Assembly (NCBI GenBank): GCA_964594155.1
Contig: CAZQLH010000004.1
Coordinates: 1 to 57,642, forward strand
DNA from: an uncultured Candidatus Saccharibacteria bacterium
Lineage (GTDB): Bacteria > Patescibacteriota > Minisyncoccia > Portnoybacterales > UBA2143
Direction: 5' to 3'
DNA: 57,642 bases
The notes under the pieces are model-generated. The model saw only the letters and a program-made list of their open reading frames with translations. It did no database searches and had not been told where the DNA came from. Positions within the stretch are counted from its first letter, which is position 1, and each line of letters begins with the position of its first letter. A program made the translations under genes and the position numbers. Of this stretch, positions 55,538 to 57,642 are shown piece after piece.

Positions 55538-57642
55538 ATGGCCCAAGACAAGAATAAAATTAAATATATTTCTCTTAAACAAGCGTCTGAGAATTGTCAA
55601 TATTCGCAGGATTATTTAAGTTTGAGGGCCCGGCAAGGGAAATTAAAAGCAATTAAGATGGGCCGTAATTGGGTAACTACTTCAGAATGGTTAGAAAATT
55701 ACATTAAACAAGTTCAAGAATACACAGAACAGATTCAAGATTCTAAAAAAGAGAAAAAAAGAATTTTAGATATACTTGACAGGTACGATGTATCTGATCT
55801 TATTAAAGTAAAAAACAATATTAAAGATATTTTGCTTGAATTTAAGAATATTGTTTCTGAAAATGAAATAAAAGATATTTCAGAAGAATTTATTAGTCAG
55901 CCCATAGATAAGGGATTGGCTTTTATTGATGACGCAGTTTCTCAATTTAATCAGATTAAACAGAAGCTGTCCCATCCGAAATTTGCTTTTAGCGCTCTTT
56001 TAATAATTTCTTTGATAATCAGCTCATTTTTAGCTTTTAATCCTAATGCGCGGGCCTCTCTGGCTCAATGGGCAGATAATTCTATTAAAGCGTTAGCCAG
56101 TACTGGAGAAAAAGCAACTGATTATATTTTTAGACAAACGCAAAGTATAGTTGATTTAAGCAAAAACACAGGAGAGAGAATAATTGAAATGCCTGTTGAA
56201 GCATCTGAACAAGCGCCTCTTGTTAAAGATTTATTACTGCGAGAAATAAGCAGATTGCCTGAAATACCTAATAAACTTGCTGTTATATCTAAAAATATAG
56301 GCAGAAAAGCGTTTTTAGGCATAAGAGATAACGGCTTTTTCTTAAAACAAAGTTTTTATAAAGGATTAATAGAAATGCAAAATGGATTTAATAAAACATT
56401 GGTTTTTGTCCAGGATTTGCCTCAAGCAACTATTCAATTTGTTCAGAAATCAGATCAAAGAAATAAAAAACTAAAATCAGATTTTAAGATTATTCTTATA
56501 GAAAATTACGTGAAAATAAAGAAATTGCCAGGTCAAATCCAAAAAACAGGACAAGAATTACCCCAAATTACTCAAATTACTAGAAATAAAATAGAAATGC
56601 TTGATAATAAGATAGAAGCATTTCCTGATTTAATTTCTCATTTGCCTGCTTTGCCTCAATTAGCTTCTTTAACTTATTCAAAGGCAAGCGCATGGATATA
56701 TGGTTTATCCGATACTTTATCCAATACGCTGTATAATATTGTATCCGATATACCTAAAAAGTTATCCGATATAGGCAAAAACCTTTCAAATAAAGGATTA
56801 TCAATTAAAGAAACAATAGAAGATAATATTTATGAAATAAGTGATTTTAGAATAGAAAAAAGCGAAGCAACAGCTAATTTTCTAAAAACTATTGGTCAGT
56901 TAGGCAATGAATTTTCTCAAGAAACAACCCAAGTTATTTCTACTACCCAAAAAACATATAATAGAACGCGCAATATCGTTAAAAATAAGTTTGCCAATAC
57001 ATATTTTAAATTAGCTGATTTTTTAATTCCTGATTATCTTTTTGAAACAACAGATAGCAGAGTAAGAGGATTAAAAGAAACAGTTGTTCAAACTAAAAAA
57101 ATAACTAAAACAATTGTTCAAACCCAAGCCACGCAAACAATCACCAAAACCATAGATTCAGACGATTTAACCAAACTAAACCAAGACATAGACAATCTAT
57201 CTCAATCAATAACAACTTTAGGCAATCAGATAGACAGCAGAATTGGCTATTCCACGCCGTCATACGCGCCAATCTATATTCCATCTTCTGGATTGCAAGT
57301 ATCAGGCCATTCCTTATTATCTACTCTTAATGTTTCTGGCTCTGGATCAATTGGCGGTTCTTTATCAGTTGGCGAGAATGCCGCTTTTGGCGATCCTAAC
57401 GCTTCCATAGATAACACCTTTAATGTCTATGCTGACGCTAGCTTTGCTAATCCAACTACCTTTAGCAAAGGCATCACTGTTACAGAAGGATTAACCTCTG
57501 ACACGCTTACAGTCAGCGGTAATGGAAGCATAGGAGGATCATTATCATCTGCTACTACTACCATTACAGGAAGCTTTACAGTTCAGGATGCTAATAGCGC
57601 GGTTCATCTCTATGTAGATAACAATTCAGGCAATGTTGGCAT
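55538..57642 (+). CDS. Giant surface protein (partial): N-terminal HTH, TM anchor, helical stalk, Gly/Ser/Thr beta-repeat region
   Basis: Not in the ORF track (no stop in window). MAQDKNKIKYISLKQAS...YSQDYLSLRARQGKLKAIKMGRNWVTT; TM FAFSALLIISLIISSFLAF; ends ...LYVDNNSGNVG in the same frame. Continuity checked at both ends and several points, not every codon. Confidence 0.8.
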   Translation, partial: MAQDKNKIKYISLKQASENCQYSQDYLSLRARQGKLKAIKMGRNWVTTSEWLENYIKQVQEYTEQIQDSKKEKKRILDILDRYDVSDLIKVKNNIKDILLEFKNIVSENEIKDISEEFISQPIDKGLAFIDDAVSQFNQIKQKLSHPKFAFSALLIISLIISSFLAFNPNARASLAQWADNSIKALASTGEKATDYIFRQTQSIVDLSKNTGERIIEMPVEASEQAPLVKDLLLREISRLPEIPNKLAVISKNIGRKAFLGIRDNGFFLKQSFYKGLIEMQNGFNKTLVFVQDLPQATIQFVQKSDQRNKKLKSDFKIILIENYVKIKKLPGQIQKTGQELPQITQITRNKIEMLDNKIEAFPDLISHLPALPQLASLTYSKASAWIYGLSDTLSNTLYNIVSDIPKKLSDIGKNLSNKGLSIKETIEDNIYEISDFRIEKSEATANFLKTIGQLGNEFSQETTQVISTTQKTYNRTRNIVKNKFANTYFKLADFLIPDYLFETTDSRVRGLKETVVQTKKITKTIVQTQATQTITKTIDSDDLTKLNQDIDNLSQSITTLGNQIDSRIGYSTPSYAPIYIPSSGLQVSGHSLLSTLNVSGSGSIGGSLSVGENAAFGDPNASIDNTFNVYADASFANPTTFSKGITVTEGLTSDTLTVSGNGSIGGSLSSATTTITGSFTVQDANSAVHLYVDNNSGNVG

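Overview
Low-GC bacterial chromosome segment with almost all genes on the + strand. Gene content and 16S sequence point to Patescibacteria/CPR, most likely Parcubacteria (inference). In order, the window holds: partial miaB; a GT2-galT-dedA-tpiA-pgk-recJ-rnhA block; RNase P RNA; a surface-glycan cluster (sugar transferase, 3 GT4, DUF4012, murJ); lepA; an MNT/HEPN toxin-antitoxin pair; tRNA-Thr, an N-terminally truncated prfB, ftsEX and tRNA-Gln; an accessory island (AlbA_2, TcmP-like methylase fold, radical SAM, HTH-nuclease); an ABC transporter followed by a 1.3-kb cassette bounded by a perfect 59-bp direct repeat, carrying a structured small RNA upstream of a BECR-like nuclease; iscS and an iscU split by a LAGLIDADG intein at its first Fe-S cysteine; rpmF-nusB-rnc-rpsP-khpA-trmD; a full rRNA locus with 7 introns (six group I, one LAGLIDADG-encoding group II), a protein gene inside the spacer, and a separate promoter plus attenuator-like leader for 23S; rodA; and the start of a giant HTH-TM surface protein. 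Several families of short GC-rich palindromes sit in-frame in proteins, inside structural RNAs and between genes. Many genes appear leaderless. All calls come from reading the sequence and translations by eye; no database searches or folding programs were run.
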